Origin: Ranitomeya imitator
Taxonomy: Eukaryota
Direction of reading: 5' to 3'
NCBI RefSeq assembly: GCF_032444005.1
Contig: NC_091282.1
Span: forward strand, 548,762,001-548,826,000
Length of the DNA: 64,000 nt
A program made the position numbers and the translations under genes. The notes under the pieces were generated by a model. The model saw nothing but the letters and a program-made list of their open reading frames with translations. It ran no database searches and was not told the origin of the DNA. Positions 62,207 to 64,000 of this stretch are shown here, piece after piece. The first letter of the stretch is position 1; every line of letters begins with the position of its first letter.

Positions 62207-64000
62207 GGGGTTAGTACATTTATGTTTGTGGCTGGGGTGGTGGTCCTCGAAGTTGGTGGAAGTGGAAAATGGCGGATTGCCGGGGGGGGGGGGGATCTCA
62301 ATAGGTCCTGGACTCCCCGGGGTAATTTGAAATGGTAAAAGGGGTATGGATAATCCCGTGGAGGGGATTATTGCGGGACCCACAAACTGGTGTGCGGTTT
62401 TGGCCTGGCGGGTGGAGTTTGCCTCCGAGCTGGTGCTTAGCGGCTGGGGGTAAGGCGGTTAGAAGGCCAAAATAGGTGGGACGGTTGGCTGAAAAACGTT
62501 AATACTGGTTTCGGGCTTCGAGGACCATCCACTTCCGGGGTTTACTGTTATTATATTGTTGTATGTTAAATTTTAATAAACGGCTGCTGTGGCCAATTAA
62601 TCCAATTTAATTGTCGTGTGTTTAATAGGGGGTAATCCTCTGTCGCAGAAAAGGGGGAGGTGGCCGTTACTCCGGGGTGTCATAAGGTAAGGTAAATGGT
62701 TTTATATGAGAGCTCACAGGAGTCACGGATACCCGTTGTCATGAGAAGGACTGTTTGTTGAGATGGATATGTGTCTAATATATTGTGGTATACCCACACT
62801 AACTACAAAGCAAACAAATATCTCCCGAGCTCAGCAGCAACTCTCCCTACACTGCGTGATTCCAGGGCTGACTTTGACGAGCAGGGCAGTGCCAGGTCTG
62901 ATTATAGACCTGATGATGCTGTGTGGCCAGCCAATCACTATAATGCCATAACCAACATGGCTGCGGCACAACAGTGTGTGGCAGACAATCCCTGCATATT
63001 CATTGGCTCTCTAAAAAGCACTAAACATGCAGGGTGGGGACCCGAGCTCCCGCCGAGAAAACCCTGGAAATACTCAGTGAGCACTGCGATGCTTGGGCGA
63101 GCTCCGAGTAGTGGCGAGCATGGTCGCTCATCACTAATGTGTACCTTTGTTTATTTTTTTTTTATTTATATAAATGAATGTATTAATCTGAAAAATATCT
63201 CTTTCTTTTTTTTCTTTATTTGGGGATTTTGCAAAAAATATTTTAACACTTTTTAATATTTTTTTTTTTTTACTTTTTTACATTATGCCAGTATGGGACA
63301 TCACTGTACAGTATCAGATTGCTGATCTGATGTTCTGCAATGCAGAAAATTGGAGCAGCATCTGCAGGCACTGGGAAGCCACCTACCCTGCAGGACTCGG
63401 AAGGATCCTGCGGCCATCATGGGGCCAGGGGTCTCCATGGAGACCCTCGGGACAACACGATCGTATTGCGTTATCCTGATGGAAGCATGCAGGGAGCCCC
63501 CTCCCTGCACGATGCCCCTCTATGTCTCTGACACTAATGACAGTGGCATCAGAGGGGTCAAATGCCCGCGATCAGTGGTAGCACTGGGCGTGGGTGTTGC
63601 TACGGTGTGTCAGCTGTCACATACAAGAAATTCCATGTCCACCACTGGTGCTCGCAAATCACCCTTGGAGACGGACATGCGGCAAGTCTCTCCAGACTGC
63701 GGCATGTCTGTTTATTTTGCGGAAACACGAGCTTCCGCAAAATAAGTTACACCCTTACAGTGTATTAGACGTTATGAATCCACACGGTTCAGTGAATACA
63801 TGCGGATTCACTTGCGATCAATAGTCTGCAGCGCTTTGAACACAGCGGACATGGGACATGTGCTGCATCCAAAGTGCTTCCAATTCCTGAACGTGTGCAC
63901 ATACCCTAACAGCTTGTAATATACTCACTATTAGAATTCGGCTTTGCTTGCTGGTTCCAGTGGTCATCACATGACCACTCATATGCGATCTTCATTCTCA

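Larger units (their letters stand above)
56774..62749 (+). mobile_element. Ngaro-type tyrosine-recombinase (DIRS order) retrotransposon with an SGNH hydrolase ORF
   Basis: ORF order is gag, RT/RH, YR, SGNH. TATATAAAAG at 56961 and AATAAA at ~62575. No TSD; a shared AGAA(A)GG core sits at both junctions. Confidence 0.88.
39987..63136 (-). mobile_element. hAT DNA transposon (~6.5 kb core) expanded to 23 kb by nested insertions
   Basis: TIRs TAGTGATGGGCGAG and TAGTGATGAGCGAC with perfect 8-bp TSD ATGTGTAC (39979-39986 and 63137-63144). Contains a transposase relic. Confidence 0.88.

Overview
This is eukaryotic DNA, and the repeat families suggest an anuran amphibian (inference). The window is almost entirely nested transposable elements. 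The only host coding sequence I recognise is two minus-strand exons of yjefn3 (22296-22404 and 20891-21001); its other exons appear to lie outside the window. In the left third, a Tc2-like DNA element has been split by a ~4-kb TTAA/piggyBac-like element and a 2.6-kb foldback Harbinger-type element. A second, inverted piggyBac-like copy follows, and both copies carry telomere-like (TTAGGG)n arrays. The middle holds LTR relics primed by tRNA-Ser, a chimeric Gypsy, a Helitron-like element with a 2.7-kb minisatellite, a split L2, Tc1 relics and a 329-bp insert containing a minimal hammerhead-ribozyme motif. In the right third, a 23-kb hAT element (8-bp TSD ATGTGTAC) contains a ~130-bp satellite, a deleted Gypsy, a SCAN-like gag fragment, a near-complete self-priming Tf1/sushi chromovirus and a Ngaro-type tyrosine-recombinase retrotransposon. 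That retrotransposon has open RT, YR and SGNH-hydrolase ORFs but an apparently catalytically degenerate RNase H. There are two assembly gaps (11923-12071 and 34490-34654). All alignments and identities were judged by eye; no database searches were run.
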